Positions 33,636 through 45,421 are shown, numbered from the stretch's first letter. The stretch is 64,000 nucleotides of DNA from Methanomassiliicoccales archaeon (GCA_040765825.1 JAXGRO010000002.1:10293-74292), one strand, 5' to 3'. Numbers and translations: made by a program. The notes: generated by a model from the letters alone, not told the origin.

Positions 33636-34607
33636 TCAGCCGGAACCGGTCAAGGCCAGATATGCCAACAGGGACTCGAGCTGTATACGCTCGTTGCTGC
33701 CCTCCACGATGCGGAACTCGATCTCCCCGGTGCGGTCGATGAGCCGGATCTTGTCCCGATCGGGCATGTCCAGGTCATAGAAGGAGCGGTGGATCTGCTT
33801 TATGATGTCCTCCCCGCTCAGCCCGTAGGTGATCATCATCTCGTCGAGCTTCGCCCGGGCCCCCGAGAAGTCCCCGGAGAGGGCGGTGTTGACCATGTCC
33901 ACCACCTCGTCCGGCCTGGCGTTGCCGGTGGCCTGGTACACCACGTCGATGGTGACGTCCCTGCCAATGGTGGCGGCCACCTGCAGGGAGTTTATCGATT
34001 TGCGCATGTCCCCCTCCCCCACGTGCACGATGGCGTCCAGGGCGGGATCGTCTATGCTCACCCCTTCCCCCTTGGCGATGACCTTCAGGTAGCGCCGGAT
34101 GTCCTCGCTCTTCACCGGCCGGAAGCGGAAGATGGCGCAGCGGGACTGGATGGGCTCTATGATCTTGGAGGAGTAGTTGCAGGAGAGCACGAAGCGGCAG
34201 TTGCGGCTGTAGCGCTCCATGGTCCGCCTCAGCGCGGCCTGGGCGTCCTGGGTCAGGGCGTCGGCCTCGTCCAGGAATATGATCTTGAAGGCCGCGCCGC
34301 CGATGGGCGCGGTGCGGGCGAACTCCTTGATCTTCCCGCGCACCACGTCTATGCCCCTCTCGTCCGAGGCGTTGAGCTCGATGAAGTTCTCGCGCCAGGA
34401 TTCGCCGTACATCTCCTTGGCCATGGCCAGGGCGGAGGTGGTCTTCCCCGTGCCCGCCGGCCCGGCGAACATCAGATGCGGCAGGTTTCCGGAGCGGACG
34501 TAGGATGAGAGCCTCTCCACTATGTCCTTCTGGCCCACGATGTCGGTTAGCTTCCGGGGGCGGTACTTCTCGGTCCAAATCTCCTGCATGGTCTCCGGCC
34601 ACATCAA
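33636..34607 (-). CDS. rfcS: replication factor C small subunit
   Basis: WTEKYRP, Walker A GPAGTGKTT, FLDEADAL and an SRC motif (IEPIQSRC). An alternative start at ATG 34589 (MQEIW) fits the TATA spacing better. Confidence 0.95.
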   Translation of the reverse strand: MMWPETMQEIWTEKYRPRKLTDIVGQKDIVERLSSYVRSGNLPHLMFAGPAGTGKTTSALAMAKEMYGESWRENFIELNASDERGIDVVRGKIKEFARTAPIGGAAFKIIFLDEADALTQDAQAALRRTMERYSRNCRFVLSCNYSSKIIEPIQSRCAIFRFRPVKSEDIRRYLKVIAKGEGVSIDDPALDAIVHVGEGDMRKSINSLQVAATIGRDVTIDVVYQATGNARPDEVVDMVNTALSGDFSGARAKLDEMMITYGLSGEDIIKQIHRSFYDLDMPDRDKIRLIDRTGEIEFRIVEGSNERIQLESLLAYLALTGSG

Positions 34608-34691
34608 AGCCGTATCGGAGTTAAAAGGTTTCCCAGGGCCCGGCGAATGTGACCCCTAAGCTTTATTACCCCGCCCGGCGTGGGCGGAACG

Positions 34692-35600
34692 ATGCGCTGC
34701 TCCAAGTGCTCCGCCCCGGCGGTCACCTTCATCCGATACAACGGCTCCCACCTTTGCCAGGCGCATCTGGGGGAGTACGTGGAGAGGAGGGTGAAGAGGG
34801 AGGTCCGTGCGCAGCTGCGCCTGCAGGGGGAGGCGCACATCGGAGTGGGAGCTTCTGGCGGAAAGGACAGCCAGACCGCGCTCTTCCTGCTAAGCAAAAT
34901 ACTGGGGGAGCGCAGGAACGTAAGGATCACCGCCATCACCGTGGACGAGGGCATAGACGGCTATCGCCATGAGACCGTGCCAAAGGTGGGCGAGCTCTGC
35001 CAGCGCCTGGGACTGGAGCATGTGGTGGTGTCCTTCGACGAGATCGCCGGGACCACCCTTGACCACATGGTAGGAAGGGCCGGGGAGAGGGAGGCCTGCA
35101 CCTACTGCGGGGTGTTCCGCCGCCGCTGCCTGAACCTCAAGGCCAAGGAACTGGAGGTCGACGTCCTGGCGCTGGGGCACAACCTGGACGACATGGCCCA
35201 GTCCATACTCATGAACTTCATGCGCGGGGACGTGGAGCGATTGGCGCGCCTGGGGCCGCACGACCATGTGCAGCCTGGACTGGTCCCGCGCATACAGCCC
35301 CTGCGCACCATACCGGAGAAGGAGACCTACCTGTACGCCCTGCTCAACGATCTTCCATTCTCCGAGGCGGAATGCCCATACGCCGAGCACGCCCTGCGCA
35401 ACGAGTACCGGAGGATCGTGGACGACATGGAGTTCCGGCACCCCGGGACCAGGCATTCCATCCTGGGAAGCTATGACCGCCTCCGGCCGCTGATGAAAGG
35501 CGGCCTTCCGCAGGCCACGCTGGGAAGATGCTCCTGCGGCGAGCCCACCCTGAACGAGAGATGCATGGCCTGCGAGATGCTGGAAAGACTGAAAAAGTGA
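34692..35600 (+). CDS. ncsA: tRNA 2-thiolation PP-loop ATPase (NcsA/TtcA/Ctu1 family)
   Basis: N-terminal CSKC...C..H zinc finger, PP-loop SGGKDS, a central CTYCGVFRR and a C-terminal CSCG...CMAC. A TTTATTA element is centred 26 nt upstream of ATG 34692; the ORF track start is GTG 34680. Confidence 0.85.
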   Translation: MRCSKCSAPAVTFIRYNGSHLCQAHLGEYVERRVKREVRAQLRLQGEAHIGVGASGGKDSQTALFLLSKILGERRNVRITAITVDEGIDGYRHETVPKVGELCQRLGLEHVVVSFDEIAGTTLDHMVGRAGEREACTYCGVFRRRCLNLKAKELEVDVLALGHNLDDMAQSILMNFMRGDVERLARLGPHDHVQPGLVPRIQPLRTIPEKETYLYALLNDLPFSEAECPYAEHALRNEYRRIVDDMEFRHPGTRHSILGSYDRLRPLMKGGLPQATLGRCSCGEPTLNERCMACEMLERLKK

Positions 35601-35628
35601 TTTTTTTAAGGGGTTTGAGGGTCTGCGC

Positions 35629-36906
35629 TCAGACCAGCTTGTGGTAGGCGTATCCTTCCTCGCCCTCGTGCAGGCAGTAGCGCACCTTGGTGAAGTTGCG
35701 CTTGAGGGCGATGACATCCCTCTTGACCGTCTCGGGGGATTCCTTCTTGACCACCACGCGGTGCAGGAGGGAGGCCACCTCCTTCATCTCGCTCTCCTTC
35801 ATCCCCACCCGGGTCATCTCCTGGGCCCCCAGGCGTATGCCGGAGGGCTTCACGGAGGACTTGTCCCCGGGCAGCATGTTCTTGTTGGCGATCATGTTGG
35901 CCTTCTCCATTAGGTTGGCCGCCTCGGCGCCGCCGCCGTACGGGGCGACGTTCACGGCGATGGTGTGGCTCTCGGTGAAGCCCTTGTGGGAGCATAGGAC
36001 CTCGATGCCCAGCTCGTGCAGGGCCGAACCGAGCGCCTTGGCGTTCTTGCAGACCTGGGCGGCGTACTGCTCGCCGTAGATCTCCCACTCGGCCATGGTC
36101 ACGGCCAGGGCGGCCATGGCGTGCAGGTGGTGGCTGGAGGTGACGCCTGGGAAGACGGCCGAATTAAGCTTCTTGCCCAGGTCCTCGTTCAGGTCGTTCC
36201 CGAGCACTATGCCGTGGTTCGGTCCGGGGAAGGTCTTGTGGGTGGAAGCGGTCAGAACGTTCGCGCCCTCGTGCAGGGGGTCCTGGAACCTGCCGCCGGC
36301 GATGAGGCCGAGGACGTGCGCGCCATCGTACCAGATGGGAGCGCCCACCTCGGCCGCCACGTCCTTCAGCTCCTTTATCGGGGCGGGGAACAGGAACACG
36401 GAGAGGCCGAACTGCACGACCTTGGGCTTGACCTCGCGGATGAGCTTGGCCGCGCCGTCCACGTCGATGACCATGTCATGGGTGTCGAAGGGATACGTGG
36501 CGGTGTTTACGCCCCGGAGGCCGACGGCCCCGAACTTGGCGGTGGAGATGTGCGCCCCGTGGTCCAGGGAGGTGCAGGTCATGGTCTCGCCCGGCTGCAT
36601 GAGGGCCATCAGGGCGGCCATGTTGGCGACCGTTCCCGATATCGGGCGCACGTCGGCGAACTGGCACTGGAATATGCGCTGCGCCAGCTCTATGCACTTC
36701 AGTTCGACCTGGTCCACGTAGATGTTGCCGTTATAGTAGCGCTTGCCGGGAAGTCCCTCGGCGTAGCGGTCGTGGAAGTCAGAAATCATCATCTCTTTGG
36801 CCAGAGGGCTCATCAGGTTCTCGGAGGCGATCATGGGGATCGATTCCTCGAACCACTTGTTGTGCCTCTGCACCTGGTCCCGGATCCAGTAGGCGTCCTC
36901 TTTCAT
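35629..36906 (-). CDS. glyA: serine hydroxymethyltransferase
   Basis: PLP-lysine block TASTHKTFPGP, plus IASENLMSP and YAEGLPGKRYY. Start is ATG 36906. Confidence 0.95.
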   Translation of the reverse strand: MKEDAYWIRDQVQRHNKWFEESIPMIASENLMSPLAKEMMISDFHDRYAEGLPGKRYYNGNIYVDQVELKCIELAQRIFQCQFADVRPISGTVANMAALMALMQPGETMTCTSLDHGAHISTAKFGAVGLRGVNTATYPFDTHDMVIDVDGAAKLIREVKPKVVQFGLSVFLFPAPIKELKDVAAEVGAPIWYDGAHVLGLIAGGRFQDPLHEGANVLTASTHKTFPGPNHGIVLGNDLNEDLGKKLNSAVFPGVTSSHHLHAMAALAVTMAEWEIYGEQYAAQVCKNAKALGSALHELGIEVLCSHKGFTESHTIAVNVAPYGGGAEAANLMEKANMIANKNMLPGDKSSVKPSGIRLGAQEMTRVGMKESEMKEVASLLHRVVVKKESPETVKRDVIALKRNFTKVRYCLHEGEEGYAYHKLV

Positions 36907-37026
36907 AAGGTCACTTGCACCCCCATTATAAGGAGGTCTTAAATATGTTGCCTCGGCCGGCCTACCGCCCTGGAAAGACCATAAAACCATTTAATAACCG
37001 GCAAGGCGTGCCTCAGGCGGAGCACG

Positions 37027-40000
37027 ATGAACGAAGGGGAGCGGACGGTGGCCAAGAAGGCCGAGGTTTGGAAGGGGAAGCTGCTGGACGTCTCTAACCG
37101 CAATCCCCTCATCAGGTTCAAGAAGAACAAGGCCTCCACCCTGACCGTCGCCTTGCCGGGCTCCGACGCCCTGTACACCGAGCTGGACCGGGGAAGGCAG
37201 TTCACCGTTCTCGGGGATCCGGAGGGAAAGGAGGAGGTCGGCAGCGGAAGGATGATCGTGGTGGCCCACGCGCCGGAGACCCCGGTGGAGAGGGTGCTGT
37301 ACAACCTCCGCGGCAAGTCCCGCACCTATCGCAGCGACCACGGGGTGAACATCCTGTACGTTTCCATGGGCTCCCTGATCTGGAGGGAGGAGGGGGCCTC
37401 GGACATGAACGAGTCCCCCCTGTTCCTGGTGCCGGTGTCCCTGGAGAGGCAGAACTCCTTCTCCCCATATCGACTGATGCCCCTGGACGAGGACCCGGTG
37501 TTCAACCCCAGCCTGCGCAAGCGGCTGGAGATGGACTATCGCCTCAAACTCCCCGATTTCGACCTGGACAACGGCTTCGAGCTCAGCAAGGCCTTGGACG
37601 CGTTGAGGGGGGCCATCCCGGCGGGATCGGGTTGGCAGGTGAGCGCCTCGGCCTACCTGGGGCTCTTCCATTTCTCCAAGCTGCTGATGTACGCCGACCT
37701 TGACGACAACATTTCCTCCCTGGCCTCCTCGCCGGTCATACGCGCCCTGGCCGGGGACCCCTCCGCCCTGCCTCCAGAGCCGTCCGACCTGCCCTCCCCG
37801 GCGGAGTACGACGCCAAGCTGAGGCCGGAGGATTCCTTCCAGGTGCTGGACGCTGACTCCAGCCAGCTGGAGGCGGTGCAGGCCGCCCTGGCCGGGGTGA
37901 GCTTCGTGCTGCAGGGCCCGCCGGGGACGGGAAAGAGCCAGACCATCACCAACATGATGGCCGAGCTCATGGCCCACGGCAGGCGCGTGCTCTTCGTTTC
38001 CCAGAAGATGGCCGCGCTGGACGTTGTGAAGGGGAACCTGGAGAAGGTGGGGCTGGGCGACCGCTGCCTGGAGCTGCACGACCCCAAGCGCAACCGCGCG
38101 GACATCGTCAAGGAGATCGCCCAGGTCCTGGAGAGAAGTGCCGATCCCCGTTCGGCGCCGCCGGAGGTGAGGGACCTGGCCGCGGTCCGGCAGGAGCTGG
38201 ACGACTACGTGAAGGCGCTGCACGCCCCCCGCGGCCGGCTGGGAACGAGCGTGTACGGCATGATCGGGCATTACGCCTCGCTCTCCGGGGTCCGGGACCT
38301 CAGGTTCCAGATGCCTTCTGTTATGGAGGTGGACGAGGACCGCCTGGGCCGGATGGAGGGCATGGTGCACCGCCTGTCGCAGATGTCCGCGGCCTTCATG
38401 GACCGCGAGCACCCGTGGAACGGGGCGGCGGTGGCGGAATGGAGCGACCGGCTGCAGTCCAAGGTGGCGGAGGAGCTGTCCGCGGTCCTGGAGGCCCGCC
38501 AGAACCTCTGGTCGGCCATACCGGGGGCCGTGGAGGCCCTGGGGCTGGTCCCCCCGGAGTCCTTGCCGGACCTGCGGCGCATCCGAGCCTTGTACAGGGA
38601 CCTGGTGGAGAGGCCGGAGGTGCGCAGGGAATGGCTGGAGGGCGACCTGGACACCTTGGCCGGAATGGTGGCTGACGGCAAGGCCGCCTTCGCCGACCTG
38701 CAGGTCAAGGAGCAGGGACTGCTGGGCATGGGGTCCCGGGACATACTGGACCTGGACGGGAAGACCTTCCGCTATCGTTTCGAGGTGCAGTACAACAGCG
38801 GCCTCCGGGCACTGAAGGGCGGCTACCGCAGGGACATGAAGATACTGACCGCCATCTCCGGCCGGAAGCTGAGCTATGAGGAGGCCAAGTTCATGGTGCG
38901 GGCCGTGGAGGGTTACCAGCAGTCCCTGGCGGCCTGGAAGGTCATGAGGGACAACCTCATGACGAGGATCAGGGGCTGCTTCTCCGGCGAGGGTTCGGAG
39001 CTGGCAGGCATCTCCGACCGCATGGAATGGACCAGGCGCTTCCGCTCCGCCCACGCCCTGCTCATGAACGATATGGTGGCCGAGGTATTGACATCCACGG
39101 AGCCCCCGCAGCCGGTCAGGGACCGGGCCCTGGAGCTGGAACTGTACCTGGGCAGGTTCGAGTCGGCCCTGAACCAGTTGTCGGCCAGGTTCGTTCCGGA
39201 GCACAGGTTGAACGGACGGGCGCCGGGGGAATCGGCCCTCCGGGACCTGGAGGCCTGGACGGAGGCCCTCTGGAACGGACGCTACCGCTACCAGGAATGG
39301 CTGGACCTCTCATCGCTCCTGCATGGCATGAGGGCGCTGGGCCTGGATGACCTTCTGCGGGAGCTGCATCGGGACGGGGTCCCCGCCGATGAGATGTCCC
39401 CGGCCTTCCTCAAGCGCTTCCGCCGGCTGTGGACGGAGGAGGCCCTGGCCTCGGACCCCGCGCTGCATCGCTTCCGCCGGGACCATCAGGCGGGACTGGT
39501 GCAGCGCTTCCACGAGCTGGACCGGCTGTACGTGGAGCGGGGCAGGCATCGCGTGCAGGCCAGGGTGGAGGAGATCCTGCTGAAGCGCAGGGAGGGTTCC
39601 GAGCGCGCCGCGCTGCTCAAGCAGGAGACGGAGATCGCCCGCCTGGCCAAGCTGAAGCGCCAGAGGAAGGCCGTGCGCAGCATGCTCAGCGAATGCTGGG
39701 ACCTGGTGGGGCTGCTGAAGCCCTGCATGCTCATGAGCCCCCTCTCCGTGGCCCAGTTCCTGGACCGGGAGCGGACGCGCTTCGACGTGGTGATATTCGA
39801 CGAGGCCTCGCAGATATGCCCGGAGGACGCCATCGGCTCCATAGCCCGGGGCACCCAGGTCATAGTGGTGGGGGACAGCCGGCAGATGCCCCCCACCTCC
39901 TTCTTCGCCCTCTCCTCGGAGGAGGAGGACTCCGAGGACCTAGAGAGCATCCTGGACGAGTGCGAGACCTGCGGGATGTCCAAGCGCATGCTCATGTGGC

Positions 40001-41004
40001 ATTACCGTTCCAAGGACGAATCGCTGATCGCCTTCTCCAACCACCAGTTCTACGGGGGCAGGCTGAACACCTTCCCCAGCGCCCTGTTCGGCCGGGAGGG
40101 GTTCGGGGTGCGCCACGTGCATGTGCCCAACGGGGTCTTCGACCGCGGGCGCAGCCGGACCAACCGGGAGGAGGCTTTGATCGTGGCCAACATGGTCAGG
40201 GAGCATTACGCCCGCAAGGACGGCAAGAGCCTGGGGGTGATCGCCTTCTCCGAGGCCCAGATGGAGGCGGTGGACCAGGCCCTGGACGACCTGCGCCGGC
40301 AGGACCGGGAGCTGGACGAGGTGCTCTCCTCGGACCGGGGGGAGCCGTTCCTGCTCTACAACCTGGAGAACGTGCAGGGGCACGAGCGGGACCGCATAAT
40401 CCTGAGCGTGGGCTACGGCCGGGACGAGAACGGCAGGTTCGCCCTGAACTTCGGCCCCCTGAACCGGGAAGGAGGGGAAAGGAGGCTGAACGTGGCCATA
40501 ACCAGGGCCAAGCAGTCCCTGGACATCGTGTCCTCCATACGCTCCGAGGACATCGACCTCTCGGGGACCAGGAGCGCGGGGGCCCGCCTCCTCAAGCAGT
40601 ACCTGGCCTTCGCCGAGGCCGGGGGCGACCGCAGGGCTCTACCCTTGCCCCCGGGCCGTAAGGGCGAGGAGGTCGGCCCGTTCCAGGACCGCCTGCGCCG
40701 CGAATTGGAGGATCGCGGGCACCGGGTGAAGGTGAACGTCGGGACGTCCGATTACCGCGTGGACCTGGCCATCGAGGACCCCGCTGAGGAGGGGAGGTTC
40801 CTGCTGGGCATTGAGTGCGACGGGGAGCACTACCTGTCCGGGAGGACCGTTCGGGACCGCGACCGGACCCGGCAATCGCAGCTCGGACGCCTGGGATGGA
40901 ACCTGCACCGGGTGTGGAGCGTGGAGTGGTTCCGGAACCCCCAGGGAGAGCTGGACCGCATCGACGAGGCGGTCAGGGCGCTCAGGGAGCGATCCGCCTC
41001 TTGA
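37027..41004 (+). CDS. DUF4011-like / SF1 (Upf1-DNA2-type) helicase / Vsr-like (REase) endonuclease-domain fusion protein
   Basis: The N-terminus LLDVSNRNPLIRFKK is DUF4011-like. Helicase motifs are Walker A GPPGTGKSQT, Walker B VIFDEASQI, MWHYRSKDESLIAFSN, GVIAFSEAQ, VQGHERD and RLNVAITRAK. The C-terminus is DYRVDLAIEDP...LLGIECDGEHYLSGRTVRDRDRTRQSQLGRLGWNLHRVWSVEW. Confidence 0.9.
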   Translation: MNEGERTVAKKAEVWKGKLLDVSNRNPLIRFKKNKASTLTVALPGSDALYTELDRGRQFTVLGDPEGKEEVGSGRMIVVAHAPETPVERVLYNLRGKSRTYRSDHGVNILYVSMGSLIWREEGASDMNESPLFLVPVSLERQNSFSPYRLMPLDEDPVFNPSLRKRLEMDYRLKLPDFDLDNGFELSKALDALRGAIPAGSGWQVSASAYLGLFHFSKLLMYADLDDNISSLASSPVIRALAGDPSALPPEPSDLPSPAEYDAKLRPEDSFQVLDADSSQLEAVQAALAGVSFVLQGPPGTGKSQTITNMMAELMAHGRRVLFVSQKMAALDVVKGNLEKVGLGDRCLELHDPKRNRADIVKEIAQVLERSADPRSAPPEVRDLAAVRQELDDYVKALHAPRGRLGTSVYGMIGHYASLSGVRDLRFQMPSVMEVDEDRLGRMEGMVHRLSQMSAAFMDREHPWNGAAVAEWSDRLQSKVAEELSAVLEARQNLWSAIPGAVEALGLVPPESLPDLRRIRALYRDLVERPEVRREWLEGDLDTLAGMVADGKAAFADLQVKEQGLLGMGSRDILDLDGKTFRYRFEVQYNSGLRALKGGYRRDMKILTAISGRKLSYEEAKFMVRAVEGYQQSLAAWKVMRDNLMTRIRGCFSGEGSELAGISDRMEWTRRFRSAHALLMNDMVAEVLTSTEPPQPVRDRALELELYLGRFESALNQLSARFVPEHRLNGRAPGESALRDLEAWTEALWNGRYRYQEWLDLSSLLHGMRALGLDDLLRELHRDGVPADEMSPAFLKRFRRLWTEEALASDPALHRFRRDHQAGLVQRFHELDRLYVERGRHRVQARVEEILLKRREGSERAALLKQETEIARLAKLKRQRKAVRSMLSECWDLVGLLKPCMLMSPLSVAQFLDRERTRFDVVIFDEASQICPEDAIGSIARGTQVIVVGDSRQMPPTSFFALSSEEEDSEDLESILDECETCGMSKRMLMWHYRSKDESLIAFSNHQFYGGRLNTFPSALFGREGFGVRHVHVPNGVFDRGRSRTNREEALIVANMVREHYARKDGKSLGVIAFSEAQMEAVDQALDDLRRQDRELDEVLSSDRGEPFLLYNLENVQGHERDRIILSVGYGRDENGRFALNFGPLNREGGERRLNVAITRAKQSLDIVSSIRSEDIDLSGTRSAGARLLKQYLAFAEAGGDRRALPLPPGRKGEEVGPFQDRLRRELEDRGHRVKVNVGTSDYRVDLAIEDPAEEGRFLLGIECDGEHYLSGRTVRDRDRTRQSQLGRLGWNLHRVWSVEWFRNPQGELDRIDEAVRALRERSAS

Positions 41005-42037
41005 ACTCGGTTATGACAGAGACGGGAGCGGGGTCCACGCCCTTCAGCACTGCAAGATAGTAGCTGACCATGTCCCCCAGGAGCATGCCCTGCAGGAGGT
41101 TCTCCAGAAGCCCGTCCCCGGGAAGGGGCACCAGCACAGGGTCCAGTCCCCGCTCGTTGAGCATCTGCAGGGTGACCTCGGCCATGGTGCGCACCGTGGG
41201 GTGCATGTCCCCGGGCATCAGCAGGGCCGGGCGGCAGGAGCAGCCCCTGCCCCCTTCCAGCCAGCCCACCAGCTGGTTGTGGTCCATCTCCGGGACCTCC
41301 CCGGCGAAGGCCACGGACTTGGCGTTCTCGTTGATCTGGTTCTGCCAGCGCACCGCCAGGGAGCGGATGGAGCGCGGGGCGTAGACGGCCACCACGTTCC
41401 CGTTCAGGGCCAGTGCCAGCTTCTTGGCCGGGTTGGCCGAGGTGGGGCGGTCCGCTGCCAGGGAATCCAGGTAGGAACGCAATCCTGATGCGGCGCCGAC
41501 CAGGTCGTCCCTCAGGCGGCCTATGCCGGAGCACTGCAATATGGCGGCCAGCGCCCCCAGGAGGTAGCCGGTGGAGGCCCGGGGCTGGTTCCCCCCGGGC
41601 ACCATAACCAAGAGGTCGGAGTTGGATCGGGCCAGAGCCTCCAGCCTCCCCCCGGAGGTGATGACCGCGAGGCGGCATCCCCGGGCCCGGGCATCCTCAT
41701 ACAGGTTCAGGCTCTCCGCGGTGTTGCCGGAGTAGCTTATCACCACTGCCAGGGTCCGGGGGCCGGCGAATGCCGGAAGCGCCACGTCCCTGGAGACGAC
41801 GATCGGGACCGGGCTCACGGACGACAGCAGATCGGCGGCCACGTCACCGGCGATGGCCGAGCCTCCCACCCCGCAGACGATGACCTGGTCGGCGCCAGGC
41901 GAGGGAGCGGGATCGAGGCCCCCGGCCCACTCTAGCTGATCCGGCAGGCTCGCCAACTGTGCCAGCAGGCCGGAGGGATCGCCGGCCCTCATGTCCTGCG
42001 CGTCGTCCAGTGATATGACCATCGTTACGAGTAACAA
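40982..42037 (-). CDS. bifunctional phosphoglucose/phosphomannose isomerase (SIS domain)
   Basis: Two SIS-type blocks (VCGVGGSAIAGD; SYSGNTAES) and a size typical of archaeal PGI/PMI. Overlaps the helicase 3' end by 23 nt (convergent). Confidence 0.85.
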   Translation of the reverse strand: MLLVTMVISLDDAQDMRAGDPSGLLAQLASLPDQLEWAGGLDPAPSPGADQVIVCGVGGSAIAGDVAADLLSSVSPVPIVVSRDVALPAFAGPRTLAVVISYSGNTAESLNLYEDARARGCRLAVITSGGRLEALARSNSDLLVMVPGGNQPRASTGYLLGALAAILQCSGIGRLRDDLVGAASGLRSYLDSLAADRPTSANPAKKLALALNGNVVAVYAPRSIRSLAVRWQNQINENAKSVAFAGEVPEMDHNQLVGWLEGGRGCSCRPALLMPGDMHPTVRTMAEVTLQMLNERGLDPVLVPLPGDGLLENLLQGMLLGDMVSYYLAVLKGVDPAPVSVITEFKRRIAP

Positions 42038-42129
42038 TCCGCCGATATTTGATATTGACCTAATCCGTCGCCTGGACCGTTCCCATTACCATTTGAGTTG
42101 TAGTAACGCAAGAAATATACTATCTCCCC

Positions 42130-42854
42130 ATGCTCGGAGAGGCCATCATGAGCGATGAAATCATATTGAGGGCGTTGCAGGACGTACGCGAGGGCAAGAT
42201 GGTCCTGATATACGATTCCGACGACCGGGAGAGGGAGACGGACATGACCGTCGCCTCCCAGTTCGTCACCGCCGCCTCCATCCGCGAGATGCGCAAGAAC
42301 GCCGGCGGACTGATATGCACCACCGCCCATCACGACATCTGCCGCAAGCTGGACATGCCCTTCCTGGCCGATGTGCTGGAATGCAACCATGACCGCCACC
42401 CTGTGCTGCAGAGCCTGGCCCCGAACGATATCCCTTATGATACCAAGTCCGCATTCTCCATCACCATCAACCACCGCAAGACCTTCACCGGGATCACCGA
42501 CAACGATCGCGCGTTGACGGTATCTGAGTTCGCCAAGCTGGCGAAGGAATCATACTCCATGGGCTTCGAGGAGGCCCAGGAGGCCTTCGGGAGGTCCTTC
42601 CGGGCCCCGGGCCACATCCATCTCCTTAACTCCACGCCGCAGCTGCTCAGCAAGCGCCGCGGCCACACCGAGCTGGCCACGGCCATGATGGTGTTGGCGG
42701 GAGTGACGCCCTCCGCCACCATCTGCGAGATGATGGGCGACGACGGAAACGCCCTGAGCAAAGAAAAGGCTAAAAGGTACGCGGAGCGTTTTGACCTTTG
42801 CTTCCTGGAAGGAAAGGACATAATCGAATTCTGGAAGAGGAGCGGTAACGGGAA

Positions 42855-42858
<4 letters not shown>
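42130..42858 (+). CDS. ribB: 3,4-dihydroxy-2-butanone 4-phosphate synthase
   Basis: DSDDRERETDM, RAPGHIH and RRGHTE blocks typical of RibB. Confidence 0.9.
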
Positions 42859-44178
<1,320 letters not shown>

Positions 44179-44230
44179 ACGACTTCCCCAATAAAATTTT
44201 TAAAAAGGTTAAGGGGTTTGGAATTGGCCG

Positions 44231-45421
44231 TCAGGCCACCTTCCTCATGTACGACTCTATGGAATCGAACGCCTTCCCCAGTATATCCTCGTCCGGCAGG
44301 AAGACCATGCGGAAGTGGTCCTTGCCGTAGGTGGGGCAGAAGCCTGACCCGGGGACCAGGAGCACGTGGCAGTGGTGCAGTATGTCCAGCACGAACTCCT
44401 TGTCGTTCTTCCAGTGGTCCGATTCGACCTTGGGGAACATGTAGAAGGCCGCGTTCGGCTTCACGCAGCTCATACCCGGTATCTCGTTGGCCCTCTTCCA
44501 GGCGTACTCCCCGCGGGCCTTGAGCTTGCTGCGCATGCCCTCCAGGTGGTCCTTGGGGTGCTTGAGCGCCTCGATGACCGCCATCTGGCAGGGGGCGTTG
44601 GCGCATAGGCGCAGGCGGGCCTGCTTGTGCACGGCCTCCTCGATCTCGTCCAGCTGGCCGGTGGTGTCGTGGAAGGCCGCGTATCCCAGCCTCCAGCCGG
44701 GGAGCAGGTCCACCTTGGAAAAGCCATTGACCAATATGACCGGCACGTCCTTGGCCAGGGAGGCCGGGGAGTGGTGCTCGCCCTCGAAGGTCATCAGGTC
44801 GTATATCTCGTCGGAGATGACGAACAGCCCGTACTCGCCCGCCAGGTCCACTATCTCCTTCAGCCTCTTCTCGCCGTAAACGGCCCCCGTGGGGTTGTTG
44901 GGATTGATCACGGCGATGAACTTGGTGTGCGGGGTGATCTTCTTCCTGAGGTCGTCCACGTCGGGCTGCCAGCCCTCCTCCTCGATGGTTCGGTAGGTTA
45001 TGGCCTTCCCGCCGAAGAACTTGGGGAACTCCAGGTAGGAGACGTAGCTGGGCCCTGGAACCAAGGCCTCGTCGCCCGGATCGATGGTCGCGGCGCAGAT
45101 CATCTGCAACGCCTCGGTGACCCCGGAGGTCACCACCATGTCCTTTAGGCTGAGGTCGATGCCGTTCTTCTTCTTCTCCTTCTCGATGATGGCCCTTCTC
45201 AGCTCGGCGTTCCCTTCGGACTCCTCGTAGCCGTTGTCGCACTTCTCCACGGCGGCACAGAGGGCGTCCCTTACATGTTTCGGCGTCTCGAAGTCGAACT
45301 TGTTGGGGTCCCCGATATGCAGCTTTATGATCTGGTGTCCCTGCTTCTCCAGCTCCCTCGCCGGCAGCAGCATCTCCCGGATCGCATAGCTGATACCCAT
45401 AGTGCGCGCGGTGGCTTTCAT
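44231..45421 (-). CDS. class I/II pyridoxal-phosphate aminotransferase (Ala/Asp aminotransferase-like)
   Basis: NPNNPTG, and the PLP-lysine block NGFSKVDLLPGWRLGY. Confidence 0.9.
   Translation of the reverse strand: MKATARTMGISYAIREMLLPARELEKQGHQIIKLHIGDPNKFDFETPKHVRDALCAAVEKCDNGYEESEGNAELRRAIIEKEKKKNGIDLSLKDMVVTSGVTEALQMICAATIDPGDEALVPGPSYVSYLEFPKFFGGKAITYRTIEEEGWQPDVDDLRKKITPHTKFIAVINPNNPTGAVYGEKRLKEIVDLAGEYGLFVISDEIYDLMTFEGEHHSPASLAKDVPVILVNGFSKVDLLPGWRLGYAAFHDTTGQLDEIEEAVHKQARLRLCANAPCQMAVIEALKHPKDHLEGMRSKLKARGEYAWKRANEIPGMSCVKPNAAFYMFPKVESDHWKNDKEFVLDILHHCHVLLVPGSGFCPTYGKDHFRMVFLPDEDILGKAFDSIESYMRKVA

Noticed and set aside
37027-41004. The helicase-nuclease gene as part of a mobile defence island.
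   Set aside because: There is no integrase, transposase, tRNA, direct repeats or compositional shift at its borders, and both neighbours (glyA, PGI/PMI) are core metabolism genes. A defence role remains possible, but an island origin is not supported.
42038-42129. A possible FMN riboswitch upstream of the ribB-ribL-ribC-ribH operon.
   Set aside because: The 92-nt leader is too short and lacks the conserved FMN-element core. FMN riboswitches are not expected in archaea. The region only shows A/T-rich promoter-like sequence.
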